Origin: Alphaproteobacteria bacterium
GTDB taxonomy: Bacteria; Pseudomonadota; Alphaproteobacteria; SP197
Length of the DNA: 64,000 nucleotides
Direction: 5' to 3'
Assembly: GCA_965228895.1 (NCBI GenBank)
Contig: OZ245842.1
Coordinates: 4,096,001 to 4,160,000 of the forward strand
The position numbers and the translations under genes were made by a program. This document shows positions 27,977-37,630 of this stretch, one piece after another (within the stretch, counting starts at the first letter, position 1; each line of letters begins with the position of its first letter). The notes under the pieces are model-generated. The model did not search any database. It was not told where the DNA came from and worked only from the letters and a program-made list of their open reading frames with translations.

Positions 27977-30010
27977 CTACCTGAGCGCCGCCGCGATGTT
28001 GCCGCCGTCAACGGTGATCACCGCCGCCGTCGTCTTTTCGGCCAGCGCCAGATCGACAAACGCCTGGGCGACGTCTTCCGCCGTGACCTCGCGGTGCAGC
28101 AGGTTGCCTTCCATGTAATCGGCTTCCGACAGACCACGGGCTTTCGACCGCGACTTGATCATCGCGGGCGTCAGGAGGCCGGAGCGGATGCGGTCTGCGT
28201 TGACCGCGTTCGACCGGATGCCGTCGCCGCCATAGTCGAGCGCGTATTGGCGCATCAAAAAGAGCGTCGCCGCCTTGGGCAGACCATAGGGACCGAAATC
28301 CTTACCCGGATTGACCGCCTGCTTGGACGTGTTGAACAGCAGACAGCCGCCCTGCCCCTGCACCGTCATGATCGCGACAGCGTTCTTGGCGACATGCTGG
28401 TGACCCCAGAAATTCAACTCGAAACTGGTGCGCAACACCTTGTCGTCGACATCGCCAATCCGGCCCTGCCAGGCCGCGCCAGCGTTCGACACGACAATAT
28501 CGACACCGCCGAAGGCCGCCGCGACCTTGCCGAATGCCGCCTTGACGGACTTGCCATCGGTGACATCACAGGCCAGCCCCAGACCACCGATCGATGCGGC
28601 CACGGTCTCGGCCGCCTTGGCGTCGCGATCCAGCACGGCGACCACTGCGCCCTCGCCCGCCATGGCGCGCGCCGTCGCCGCGCCGATGCCCGAGCCGCCG
28701 CCGGTGACGACGGCGATCTTACGCTGTAGCGGCTTTTCAGCGGCCTTGCCCAGCTTCGCCTGTTCCAGCGACCAGTATTCGATTTCGAAGATGTCGCGCT
28801 CGGGTATCACGGTGTAGCGGCCGTTACGCTCGGCATCGGTGATAACCGCGATGTTGGTCTCGAACAAATCGGCGGCGATGCCGGCAGCTTTTTTGGAGTT
28901 CCCCAGGCCGATGATACCGAGCCCCGGCACCGCAATCATGCGCGGCATCGGATCAAGCGGCTTCTTCTTGACCTTCGACACCGCGTTGTTGCGTTTGAAG
29001 TAGGCCTCGTAGTCCGAAACGTAGGCGGCGACTGCCTTCTGAGCGCCATCGCGGAAACGATCGAGCTTGCCGGCCTCCGGCGCCGGCACGATCAAGGGTT
29101 TGGCCTTGGTGCGGATGACGTGATCGGGCGTCACCGTTCCCTGCTGGCCATAACGCGCGAGGTCCTTGCCGCCGACGTAATCGCGGATCGCTTTCGACGT
29201 CCGGAAATCGAAGATCAGCCGCTTGCCGTCGTGGCTCGTTAGGCCGCGCAAGATAGGCGCGACATCGCCGGCTGCCGCAATCTTCGCCGGCAGACGTTTC
29301 TGCGCGAAGCTCTTCTTCGCACCTTGCCGCGCGCGCTTCTCGGCCTCTGTCACCGCGCGGATCATGCGCTGATAGGCCTCTTTCGCCGTGTCACCAAAGG
29401 TGAAGATGCCGTGTTTCAGCAGGATCAGGCCTTCGACATCCTCGTTCCGGCGGAACACCTCAAGCGCTCTCATCGAGAGATCGAAACCCGGCATGATGTA
29501 GGGGACGTAGCCGAAGCGATCACCCCAGAGCTCGCGGCACACCGCTTCGCCGTTCTTGAGGTCGGTCAGCGCCAGGACGGCGTTCGAATGGGTATGGTCG
29601 ATAAACTTGTGCGGCAGAAAGGCGTGCAGCAGCGTCTCGACCGAGGGGTTGGGCGATGAGGCGTCCAGCAGGTTGACCCGCTGGGCGTTGACCATCGCCT
29701 CGTCGGAGAGCGACTTGAGTCCGACCATCTTCTGCAAGGGACCCAGGCGCACCGCCGGCAGCCCGGCCGGCTCGATATCGCCCATGTCCCAGCCCGACCC
29801 CTTGACACACAGGACATCGGTCGCCTCGCCCAGGTGGTCCGGCATGACCGTCTTGACCGAGGTGTTGCCGCCGCCGTGCAGCACCAGGCGCGGCTCCTGC
29901 CCCAGAAGCCGCGACGTATAGACGCGCAGCGCCAAGTCAGCGTTGACGCCTTGCTTGCCGTAGAGCTTGACGTAGCTGGCGGCTTCCCGCTCCGACCACA
30001 TGGACTTCAT
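27977..30010 (-). CDS. Bifunctional class II aldolase / short-chain dehydrogenase (RhaD/RhaAD-like)
   Basis: LVLHGGGNTSVK, KGSGWD, PSVETLLH, DHTH, TPDHVIRTK, EYWSLEQAKL and a C-terminal SDR (TGGGSGIG, YGLPK). Confidence 0.9.
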   Translation of the reverse strand: MKSMWSEREAASYVKLYGKQGVNADLALRVYTSRLLGQEPRLVLHGGGNTSVKTVMPDHLGEATDVLCVKGSGWDMGDIEPAGLPAVRLGPLQKMVGLKSLSDEAMVNAQRVNLLDASSPNPSVETLLHAFLPHKFIDHTHSNAVLALTDLKNGEAVCRELWGDRFGYVPYIMPGFDLSMRALEVFRRNEDVEGLILLKHGIFTFGDTAKEAYQRMIRAVTEAEKRARQGAKKSFAQKRLPAKIAAAGDVAPILRGLTSHDGKRLIFDFRTSKAIRDYVGGKDLARYGQQGTVTPDHVIRTKAKPLIVPAPEAGKLDRFRDGAQKAVAAYVSDYEAYFKRNNAVSKVKKKPLDPMPRMIAVPGLGIIGLGNSKKAAGIAADLFETNIAVITDAERNGRYTVIPERDIFEIEYWSLEQAKLGKAAEKPLQRKIAVVTGGGSGIGAATARAMAGEGAVVAVLDRDAKAAETVAASIGGLGLACDVTDGKSVKAAFGKVAAAFGGVDIVVSNAGAAWQGRIGDVDDKVLRTSFELNFWGHQHVAKNAVAIMTVQGQGGCLLFNTSKQAVNPGKDFGPYGLPKAATLFLMRQYALDYGGDGIRSNAVNADRIRSGLLTPAMIKSRSKARGLSEADYMEGNLLHREVTAEDVAQAFVDLALAEKTTAAVITVDGGNIAAALR

Positions 30011-30097
30011 CGGCTTTTCCTGTTCCTCGACCGACCCTGGACAGCCTTTTATAGCGTTCCCGGGGGTCTTGATAAGGCAGAATGGTGGGGCGATCGC

Positions 30098-30730
30098 TTA
30101 GACGTCGCTGAGCACCCGATAAAGCCAGATGCGGTGTTCGACCTCCGGTTCGCCTTTCGGCATGGAATGGAAGGGGTCGCTGACCTCGACCAGTTCCCAG
30201 GCGCCGTCTTCGCTGAGCGAATCCATGACGTCGCCAAAACCCGGCGGCGGCTCGTCATGGCGAAGGGTAAAGCAGATCAGCCCGCCCGGTTTAACGATGC
30301 GCACGAGTTCGTCCAGGCAGGTCGCGGGCGCATGGCCGGGCGTGAAGACGCCGGAACTCAGCACGCCGTCATAACTGTCGGTCTCATAGTCGAGCGCTTC
30401 GCCCAGAACGCCAACCCGGACGTCGCCATAGATGCCACGTGCCCGAGCCTTTTCCAGCATACGGGTTGAGAGATCCACGGCGTCGATCGACGTGAACCCC
30501 GCGACCCTGGCCGCCAACCCGACCGTGCCGCTGCCCGCCCCGGCATCGAGCAGGCGCGCATCGTCGGCCAGATGCGGGCGGACCGCGGCGACGACAAGTT
30601 CGTGCCCGCGATAGCCATAGTCGTCGACGATCTGGGCGTCATAGGCGTCCGCCCATTCGTCGTAGGCCGCGCGCAGCTCTTCCTTCGTCTTGGCGTTGTA
30701 GATTACCGAGAGATCAAGATGATCGGCCAT
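30098..30730 (-). CDS. Class I SAM-dependent methyltransferase
   Basis: YDEWADAYD, LLDAGAGSG motif I, AVDLS; real start MADHLD at 30730. Confidence 0.88.
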   Translation of the reverse strand: MADHLDLSVIYNAKTKEELRAAYDEWADAYDAQIVDDYGYRGHELVVAAVRPHLADDARLLDAGAGSGTVGLAARVAGFTSIDAVDLSTRMLEKARARGIYGDVRVGVLGEALDYETDSYDGVLSSGVFTPGHAPATCLDELVRIVKPGGLICFTLRHDEPPPGFGDVMDSLSEDGAWELVEVSDPFHSMPKGEPEVEHRIWLYRVLSDV

Positions 30731-30735
30731 GGTGC

Positions 30736-31890
30736 CTAGCGCATCATGCCCGCCATCAGACGCGCGAAGTGCTGGGTCGCCGGGTCCCAGAACGGCGAGA
30801 GGACACCGCCGTCGAAGCCCGGCGAGTTCCTGGCCATCTGCATGTTCTCGACGATCTTGAAATCCTCGGTGTTGAGCTCGTCCCACATGTCGTAGACGGC
30901 CTGACGATGTTTCGCATAGGCCGGTTCGCTCGCCGCCTCGTCGACGAAATACATGTGGATGTGCTCGATGGTGCGGTCTGGCGCCAGCGCATGCAGTTGG
31001 AAGATCGCCATCTGGTCGGGCCAGATCTGGATAGCGGTGGTGGGGAACAGGTGGAAGTACCATTCCGTCTTCTGGCCGACCTCGTCGAGGCCCGGATAGA
31101 ACGGCATGCCGATGCCGCGGCCTTCCTGCGGCTCGGAGATCAGCGAGGTGTTGTGGAACCACGGACCTTCCGTCTGAACGCCGATGCGTTCGGTAATCGG
31201 CGTGAACTCCTCCAGGCGCGGATGGACCGCCGGCACGTGATAGGCATCGTAGAAGTTCTCGTAGATCAGCTTCCAATTGCCCTTGACGTCGAAGTCCAGC
31301 GTCTTAGCATAGCGCAGCGCGCCGAAATCATAGTCCCGTGTGCGCCGCGCGAACGGTTCCCAATGGTCGTTGAAGTCGGGCGCCTCGCCGGAGATGTCGA
31401 CAAAGATCAGGTCATGCCAGACCGCGTGGCGTACCGGCATCATGTCCGACGTGCCGGGCGCAGGATCCGTGTCGTGTTGCCCACCGCCATAGAAATGCGG
31501 GCGCGACCTGAGCTTGCCGTCCAGGCCATAGGCCCAGGCGTGATAGGGACAGGTCAGCATACGCTGGGCGCTGCACTTCTCCGGCACGATGACCGCACCG
31601 CGGTGACGGCAGACGTTGTGAAAGACCCGGATCTCGCCATCGTTGTCGCGCAGGATGACGAGCGGCATGCCGGCCATCCAGACCGGGCTGGCATCGCCTT
31701 TGCCGGGGACGTCGTGGCAGAAACCGGCCAGCATCCACGTCCGCGCAAAGACCTTACGGTTCTCCTCGGCGAGCCATGCGTCGCTGGTGTAGCACTCGTT
31801 CGGCAACCCCGAGCCATCCTCGGTCGCAACGTCGAAACGGCTCAAAACGTCGTCACTCAGAACCGGTTTCTGTGTCGGGACGTTCATCAC
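30736..31890 (-). CDS. Rieske non-heme iron oxygenase alpha subunit (choline monooxygenase/betaine demethylase-like)
   Basis: NVCRHRG...CPYHAW Rieske ligands; ENFYDAYHVPAVHP and ED iron site. Confidence 0.9.
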   Translation of the reverse strand: MMNVPTQKPVLSDDVLSRFDVATEDGSGLPNECYTSDAWLAEENRKVFARTWMLAGFCHDVPGKGDASPVWMAGMPLVILRDNDGEIRVFHNVCRHRGAVIVPEKCSAQRMLTCPYHAWAYGLDGKLRSRPHFYGGGQHDTDPAPGTSDMMPVRHAVWHDLIFVDISGEAPDFNDHWEPFARRTRDYDFGALRYAKTLDFDVKGNWKLIYENFYDAYHVPAVHPRLEEFTPITERIGVQTEGPWFHNTSLISEPQEGRGIGMPFYPGLDEVGQKTEWYFHLFPTTAIQIWPDQMAIFQLHALAPDRTIEHIHMYFVDEAASEPAYAKHRQAVYDMWDELNTEDFKIVENMQMARNSPGFDGGVLSPFWDPATQHFARLMAGMMR

Positions 31891-31985
31891 AACCTCCTCA
31901 GCATCGGTCGGTTGGCAGCCCGAAAATCATTCCACGAAGTCCAAGGTTGTACAACGGTTCAATAACCAGCCATTGTCGCGCACGC

Positions 31986-32750
31986 TCAGTCGATGGTTTC
32001 GCCGCCGTCGACGACATGGATGGAGCCGGTGACAAAACTCGCGATATCCGAGGCCAGATAGAGGACCGGGCCGGCGAGTTCGTCGACATGGGCGATGCGG
32101 TTCTGCGCCGCGCAGGTCTTGTTGAGCTCGGCATAGCCCGCCTCGACGCTGCCGGCGATCCGGACCGCGAGGTTGCGCAGCATGTCGGTGTCGACGCCGC
32201 CCGGGCAGACGGCGTTGACCCGGATATCGGGGCCGAACTCCAGCGCGTGGGCTCGCGTCAGGTTGATCACGCCCGCCTTTGAGGCGCAGTAGATCGACCC
32301 CTTGGGCACGCCGATCAGGCCGTTGACCGAGGCGATGTTGACGATGTTGCCGCCGCTTTTGCGCAGATGTGGCAGCGCATACTTCGTCACGAAGAACAGG
32401 CCCTTCAAGTTGGTGTCGACCACCCGGTCCCACAGGGCCTCGTCGCAATCCTCGACCGGCGCGCCGCCACCGGCGCCGGCGTTGTTGACGAGCACGTCGA
32501 GACCGCCAAGACCGGCCACCGCGGCCGCGACAAGGCTCTTGCAGGCGCCGACATCGGCGACCGAACCCGGCGCGGCGACAACTTTGTCACCCGCCGCCAG
32601 TTCGGCGATGGCTGCGTTCGTTGTTTCCTCGGTGCTGCCGTTGACGGCAACACGTGCGCCGGCCTTCAGGAAGGCCTCGACAATGCCGCGGCCGATGCCG
32701 CGCGTACCGCCGGTGACCAGAACCCGTTTGTCCGTGAAATCGATCTGCAT
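31986..32750 (-). CDS. Short-chain dehydrogenase/reductase
   Basis: TGGTRGIG, NNAG, YCASK. Confidence 0.93.
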   Translation of the reverse strand: MQIDFTDKRVLVTGGTRGIGRGIVEAFLKAGARVAVNGSTEETTNAAIAELAAGDKVVAAPGSVADVGACKSLVAAAVAGLGGLDVLVNNAGAGGGAPVEDCDEALWDRVVDTNLKGLFFVTKYALPHLRKSGGNIVNIASVNGLIGVPKGSIYCASKAGVINLTRAHALEFGPDIRVNAVCPGGVDTDMLRNLAVRIAGSVEAGYAELNKTCAAQNRIAHVDELAGPVLYLASDIASFVTGSIHVVDGGETID

Positions 32751-32773
32751 CAGAACCCCCCAATGACGTCTAG

Positions 32774-33523
32774 TCAGTATGTCGCGCGACCGCCGGATAG
32801 GTCGAAGACCGCGCCGGTCGAAAACGAACAGTCGTCAGAACACAGCCACGCGATCATGGCGGCGGCCTCGTGCGCCTGCCCCATGCGGCCCATGGGAATC
32901 TTCGAGACCATGTAGTCGATCCGGTCCTGGGGTACGCCGCCCAGCAGCGGTGTCTCGATGACGCCGGGTGTCACCACGTTGGCAAGCACCCCGGTCCCGA
33001 TAAGTTCCTTGGCCAGCGACTTCGTGAATCCGATCAGGCCGGCCTTCGACGCGCTGTAAGCCGCCGCCGACGGATTGCCCTCCTTGCCGGCGACCGACGC
33101 CACGTTGACGACGCGGCCCCAACCGCCCGCGATCATCTGCGGCAACAGAGCGCGGCACACCAGGAACTGGCCGGTCAGGTTGACCGCGATCATGCGGTCC
33201 CAAGCATCGGGGTCGACCTCCCAGACCCGTCCGCCACCGCCGGCGATACCGGCTGAATTGACCAGGATGTCGATCGTGTCGGCTGCCTGTTGCGACGACC
33301 GGGCGGCCTCGGCGGTCGCCTCGCGGTCCGTGATGTCGAAGGCCGCAGCGTGGACGACATCCGGTCCGAGTGCCTTACGGGCCGCCGCGAGGCCGTCGCC
33401 ATCGGCATCCCACAGGACGACAAGGGCGCCGGACGCCAGCAAACGCTCGGCGGTCGCATAACCGATCCCGCTGGCCGCGCCGGTGACGACCGCCGTGCGG
33501 CCGCGAAGATCAATTTGGTTCAA
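32774..33523 (-). CDS. Short-chain dehydrogenase/reductase
   Basis: TGAASGIG, NSAG, GKEGNP, YSASK, FDLSGGRATY. Confidence 0.93.
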   Translation of the reverse strand: MNQIDLRGRTAVVTGAASGIGYATAERLLASGALVVLWDADGDGLAAARKALGPDVVHAAAFDITDREATAEAARSSQQAADTIDILVNSAGIAGGGGRVWEVDPDAWDRMIAVNLTGQFLVCRALLPQMIAGGWGRVVNVASVAGKEGNPSAAAYSASKAGLIGFTKSLAKELIGTGVLANVVTPGVIETPLLGGVPQDRIDYMVSKIPMGRMGQAHEAAAMIAWLCSDDCSFSTGAVFDLSGGRATY

Positions 33524-33539
33524 GGTCCTTCCTGCCCTC

Positions 33540-34637
33540 CTAGGATTCGGCGATTACTGGTCCAAGGATCGCCATGTCAGGCGTCACGCCCAGGCCCGTG
33601 CCGGTCGGTGCGACAAGCATGCCATCCCCGGCGGCCGGCATGCCATCGGCATTACTGACGGTGACCCAGTTCATGAAGTCGACGGTGTGCACGCGCAAGG
33701 CGTGGGGCGTCGAGACCATCATGTGCGCGGTCGCAGCGGTGTTGATCGTGCTGCCGCCGGTATCCTCAATGGTCACCTTGAGGCCGAGCTTGACCGCTAT
33801 GTCGCGCAGCAGCCGCGTCGGCCCAACGCCGCCGACCCGCGCCATCTTGAGCGTAACGCCGGCCAGAATGCCCGCCTCATGCGCCCGAAGGAGATCGTCG
33901 AGCGAGACGATACCCTCGTCCAACACGAGCGGTCTTGAGCACCGGCGCGAGACCTGGGTGTTGTCGGCCAACCGCATGCACGGCTGCTCGAGAACGACGT
34001 CGACCGGCCCGATGCCATGGACGAAGCGTAGAGCGTCATCGACCCGCCATGCGCCATTCGCATCGGCGTAAAGCACAACATCCTCGCCAACGGCATCACG
34101 AACGGCGTGCAGGCGCGCGACATCGACCTGAGCCGCGCCACCCACCTTGACCTGCAGGCGCCTGTAACCCTGATTCACGAAGGCCACAGCCTGGTCCGCC
34201 ATGACGGCAGGGTCATCCTGGCTGATTGAGCGGTAGAGCGGCACCGCGTCGCCATCCGCGCCACCCAGCAGGCCGGAAAGCGGCTGGCCAGCCAGGCGCG
34301 CGGTCAGATCCCACGCCGCCATGTCGACGGCCGCTTTGACCGCCGGCTGACCAATCATCAGATCGTTGAGATGGTCGGCAAGTCGAGCCGGCGCGTCAGC
34401 GTGCTGGCCCACGATATCAGGCAACAACCGTGTGATGCCCGCACGGATCGCTTCGGGAAACGCCTCGGCATAGAAGGCGCCAAGCGGCGCGGCTTCGCCC
34501 CAACCGGTGGTGCCGTCTTCGGCCTCCAGCGCCACGATCGCGCTGTCGAATCCCTCTTCCGTATGCCCGCGGCACACGTAAGGACCATCGGCGAACGGCT
34601 GGATCTGGCGATAGAGACGGGCTGCGGCAATCTTCAT
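33540..34637 (-). CDS. Enolase superfamily protein, HpbD/cis-3-hydroxyproline dehydratase-like subgroup
   Basis: GWGEAAPLG, LQVKVG (Q-x-K), DAN, EQP and LDE metal ligands, IEDTGG. Confidence 0.82.
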   Translation of the reverse strand: MKIAAARLYRQIQPFADGPYVCRGHTEEGFDSAIVALEAEDGTTGWGEAAPLGAFYAEAFPEAIRAGITRLLPDIVGQHADAPARLADHLNDLMIGQPAVKAAVDMAAWDLTARLAGQPLSGLLGGADGDAVPLYRSISQDDPAVMADQAVAFVNQGYRRLQVKVGGAAQVDVARLHAVRDAVGEDVVLYADANGAWRVDDALRFVHGIGPVDVVLEQPCMRLADNTQVSRRCSRPLVLDEGIVSLDDLLRAHEAGILAGVTLKMARVGGVGPTRLLRDIAVKLGLKVTIEDTGGSTINTAATAHMMVSTPHALRVHTVDFMNWVTVSNADGMPAAGDGMLVAPTGTGLGVTPDMAILGPVIAES

Positions 34638-34712
34638 GACGCCGACAGCCTACAGGAGCATCAACGCGACCGCGAAACCGAGATAGGAAAGTACGAGCGA
34701 AACGAGCCGTCC

Positions 34713-34850
34713 AGAGCGGATCGCGGCTGGGCGGAACCGTTCACCGGTTCCGCCTAACCGTGTGAATCCGCTCGCTATCCATGAGTAGAGCAGATTCACC
34801 CACCGTGACGGTATCGCGAAGCGACTCCGTCACGGTGGGATCTGCTCTAC
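34713..34850. repeat. Pair of long related hairpins in inverted orientation (BIME/REP-like; may terminate or stabilise the ABC transcript)
   Basis: AGAGCGGAT...GAATCCGCTC (34713-34773) and GTAGAGCAGATTCA...ATCTGCTCTAC (34785-34850). Confidence 0.65.
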
Positions 34851-34878
34851 CGGCCCGTTTCGCTCGCCGCCCCCACGC

Positions 34879-36450
34879 TTAATCTCCAGCAACCTTCTTG
34901 CGGTACATGCCCTGCGCGACCCGGTCGATGACCATGGCGCAGAACAGAATGGCGAGACCGCCCAACAGTCCCTGACCCTTGGCGGCGTACTGCAAGGCCT
35001 CCAGGATCAACGCACCCAGACCTTCCGCGCCGATCAGCGAGGCGATGACGACCATGGAGAGGCTCATCAAGATCGTCTGGTTGATGCCGGTCATGATCGA
35101 CGGCATGGCCAGCGGTATCTCGACATTGCGCAGCAACTGCCACTTCGAACAGCCGAACGCGATCGCCGCTTCCTTGGTCGTTTCCGGCACGCCGCGCATG
35201 CCAAGCGCGGTCAAGCGGATCACCGGCGGCATGGCGAAGATGATCGTCGCCAGAACGCCCGGCGGCTTACCGGTGCCGAAGAACGCGATGATCGGGATCA
35301 AATAAACGAAGGCCGGCATGGTCTGCATGAAGTCCAGCACCGGCTCGGCAAACGTATAGGCGCGCTTGCTCTTGCCGAACCAGATACCGAGCGGAATGCC
35401 GAAGATGACACACAGCGCGGCACCGGCGCCGATCAGCGCCACGGTGATCATGGAGATTTCCCACAATCCCATGAACGCCAGATAGGCAAGTGATGCCGCC
35501 GTAAAGATCGCGACGCGCGGTCCCGCCAGGCGATAGGCCATGACCACGATAACCACCATGACGACCGGCCACGGCGTATCGATCAAGATGACCTCCAGGC
35601 CATCCAGGACGGCTCTAATCGCGGCGGTCACACCGTCGAAAACATCGCCGAAGTTGTTGGCCAGCCAATCGAAACCTTCATCACCCAGCCTTGCCCAACT
35701 GGCGAAGAACTCCTTACCGATCGGGAACTCGGTGATCGGAATCTCGCCGCCAATGAATCCGCCGGTCAGCCGGCTGAGAATCGCGTCGGGATCGGACACG
35801 GTGAAGCGGAACAGGGTCAGCGGCCAGATGGCAACCAAAAGGAAGGCGCCAAAGATTGTGCTGTTCCGGCTGACACCGGACTGCACCGAAGGCCGGGCGC
35901 GCCAACGCAGGTATTGCTTTTCATAGACCATGTTGGCGTAGAAGCCTTCGACGAGCTTGAAGAAGACCAAAAGGCCGATACCGACCAGCAGGTAGGTCGT
36001 CGACTGGCCCGCCGCCGCCGCCGCATCGGCCTGCGCGGTCTCGGCGACTTTCTTGAGATTTTCGGCGACCGAAAGCGCGGTCTCCGCGGTCTCCGCGTCG
36101 CCAGCCGCGAGCGCCTCCTGGGCCTGCTGCTCACGCGTCGCGATGTTGGCGAGCAAACGTTCGTAGCGGGCAAGCTGGTCGGCGCCCAGTTCGCCCCAAA
36201 GGCCCTTGCCGAGTTGCACGAGGGCGAAGAGCTCCAAGACCAGGAATGCCCAGAAGAAACCCCAGGCGCCGCGCGCCGCACCCCACAGCGGTCCGAAGAC
36301 CGCTGCCATCAAGTTCCAGGACCACGGGAATCCTGTGGTACCCTGAATCTTGGCGAACTCAGCAACGTAGTAGTCGCCATTCTCCTGAGCGAAATCACCG
36401 ACCGAGCTGGAGAGCGCCTTCGGTCCGAGTTCGAGGCCGGTGTCGGTCAT
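34879..36450 (-). CDS. proW: Glycine betaine/proline-type ABC transporter permease with extended N-terminus
   Basis: LDFMQTMPAFVYLIP, EAA loop, GINQTILMSLSMVVIASLIG. Confidence 0.88.
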   Translation of the reverse strand: MTDTGLELGPKALSSSVGDFAQENGDYYVAEFAKIQGTTGFPWSWNLMAAVFGPLWGAARGAWGFFWAFLVLELFALVQLGKGLWGELGADQLARYERLLANIATREQQAQEALAAGDAETAETALSVAENLKKVAETAQADAAAAAGQSTTYLLVGIGLLVFFKLVEGFYANMVYEKQYLRWRARPSVQSGVSRNSTIFGAFLLVAIWPLTLFRFTVSDPDAILSRLTGGFIGGEIPITEFPIGKEFFASWARLGDEGFDWLANNFGDVFDGVTAAIRAVLDGLEVILIDTPWPVVMVVIVVMAYRLAGPRVAIFTAASLAYLAFMGLWEISMITVALIGAGAALCVIFGIPLGIWFGKSKRAYTFAEPVLDFMQTMPAFVYLIPIIAFFGTGKPPGVLATIIFAMPPVIRLTALGMRGVPETTKEAAIAFGCSKWQLLRNVEIPLAMPSIMTGINQTILMSLSMVVIASLIGAEGLGALILEALQYAAKGQGLLGGLAILFCAMVIDRVAQGMYRKKVAGD

Positions 36451-37496
36451 GCCTTGCCTCCCTGAATGCCCTTCAACAGGGTGGATTTACTGATCACGCC
36501 GACATCGACGCCGCTGTCGTTCTGCACCACGATCGGATGATCGGACTCCGTCGCGATGTCGATCAGATGATCGAGATCGGTGTCATGGGGCACGCGCCGG
36601 GACGCGCTGAGATCCTCGCCATGCGCCGGCTTGTAGGTCGCGAGGTCCTCCATGATCGAGTGGGCGAACACCAGCTTGAGCCGGGAAATGCCCTCGACGA
36701 AATCCTTGACGTAGTCGTCGGCCGGTTTGGTGACGATGTCTTCGGGCGTGCCGATCTGAACGATCCGCCCGTCCTTCATGATGGCGATGCGGTTGCCGAT
36801 ACGGATCGCTTCGTCCAGGTCATGGGTGATGAAAACGGTGGTCTTGTGCAGCTCCGCCGAGAGCGCCATGAACTGGTCCTGCAACTGGCGGCGGATCAAG
36901 GGATCGAGCGCGGAAAACGGCTCGTCCATCAACAACACCTCGGGATCGGATGCCAGGGCGCGCGCCAGGCCGACGCGCTGCTGCATGCCGCCCGACAGTT
37001 CGCGCGGGAAACGGTCTTCGTAACCGTCCAGGTTGACCATGCTGATGCACTTTTGCGAGACGTCCCAGCGCTTCGATTTCGGCTCGCCACGTACCTGCAG
37101 CGGGAAACCAACATTGTCGCGCACCGTGCGATGGGGCAGGAGCGCCATGTGCTGGAACACCATGCCAATATGCATGGCGCGCATCTCGCGCAGCTGCTCG
37201 CCACCCAAGGCGCGCATGTCTTTGCCAAGCACGGAGATCTTGCCGGCGGTCGGTTCGATCAGGCGGTTGAGGTGGCGAACCATGGTCGACTTGCCCGAGC
37301 CGGAAAGACCCATGACACAGAAGATTTCGCCGCGCTCAACCGTGAACGAGCAGTCGGCGATGCCGACAACGCATTCGTACTGTTCCAGAACTTCTGCCTT
37401 GGATAGACCTTTTTCTTCGACAGCGGCCATCGCCTCGTCAGCGCGTGCGCCAAAGATCTTCCAGACGTCTTCCAGTACAATGACGTCTTCGCTCAC
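36447..37496 (-). CDS. proV: Glycine betaine/proline-type ABC transporter ATP-binding protein
   Basis: GLSGSGKS, LSGGMQQRV, DEPFSALDPLIR, THDLDEA; GTG start after AGGAGG. Confidence 0.9.
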   Translation of the reverse strand: MSEDVIVLEDVWKIFGARADEAMAAVEEKGLSKAEVLEQYECVVGIADCSFTVERGEIFCVMGLSGSGKSTMVRHLNRLIEPTAGKISVLGKDMRALGGEQLREMRAMHIGMVFQHMALLPHRTVRDNVGFPLQVRGEPKSKRWDVSQKCISMVNLDGYEDRFPRELSGGMQQRVGLARALASDPEVLLMDEPFSALDPLIRRQLQDQFMALSAELHKTTVFITHDLDEAIRIGNRIAIMKDGRIVQIGTPEDIVTKPADDYVKDFVEGISRLKLVFAHSIMEDLATYKPAHGEDLSASRRVPHDTDLDHLIDIATESDHPIVVQNDSGVDVGVISKSTLLKGIQGGKA

Positions 37497-37574
37497 GGAA
37501 CACCCCCTCCTGAGCAAGAAGCACCCCCTCGGCTGCGGCTCTTCAATGGCCGCTTCGCCGGAAGCTGCGATCAA

Positions 37575-37601
37575 TGGCGGCGTCCTACAAGGACGCCGCC
37601 A
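37575..37601. terminator. 12-bp GC hairpin downstream of the binding-protein gene (stabiliser/attenuator)
   Basis: TGGCGGCGTCCT-ACA-AGGACGCCGCCA; no strong U-tract. Confidence 0.5.
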
Positions 37602-37630
37602 CCGGTTTGATCATACCGTCGTCGTCAGCC

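Noticed and set aside
30731-31276. 392-aa methyltransferase ORF overlapping the Rieske gene
   Set aside because: The upstream part is an alternative frame of the Rieske gene; the methyltransferase begins at 30730
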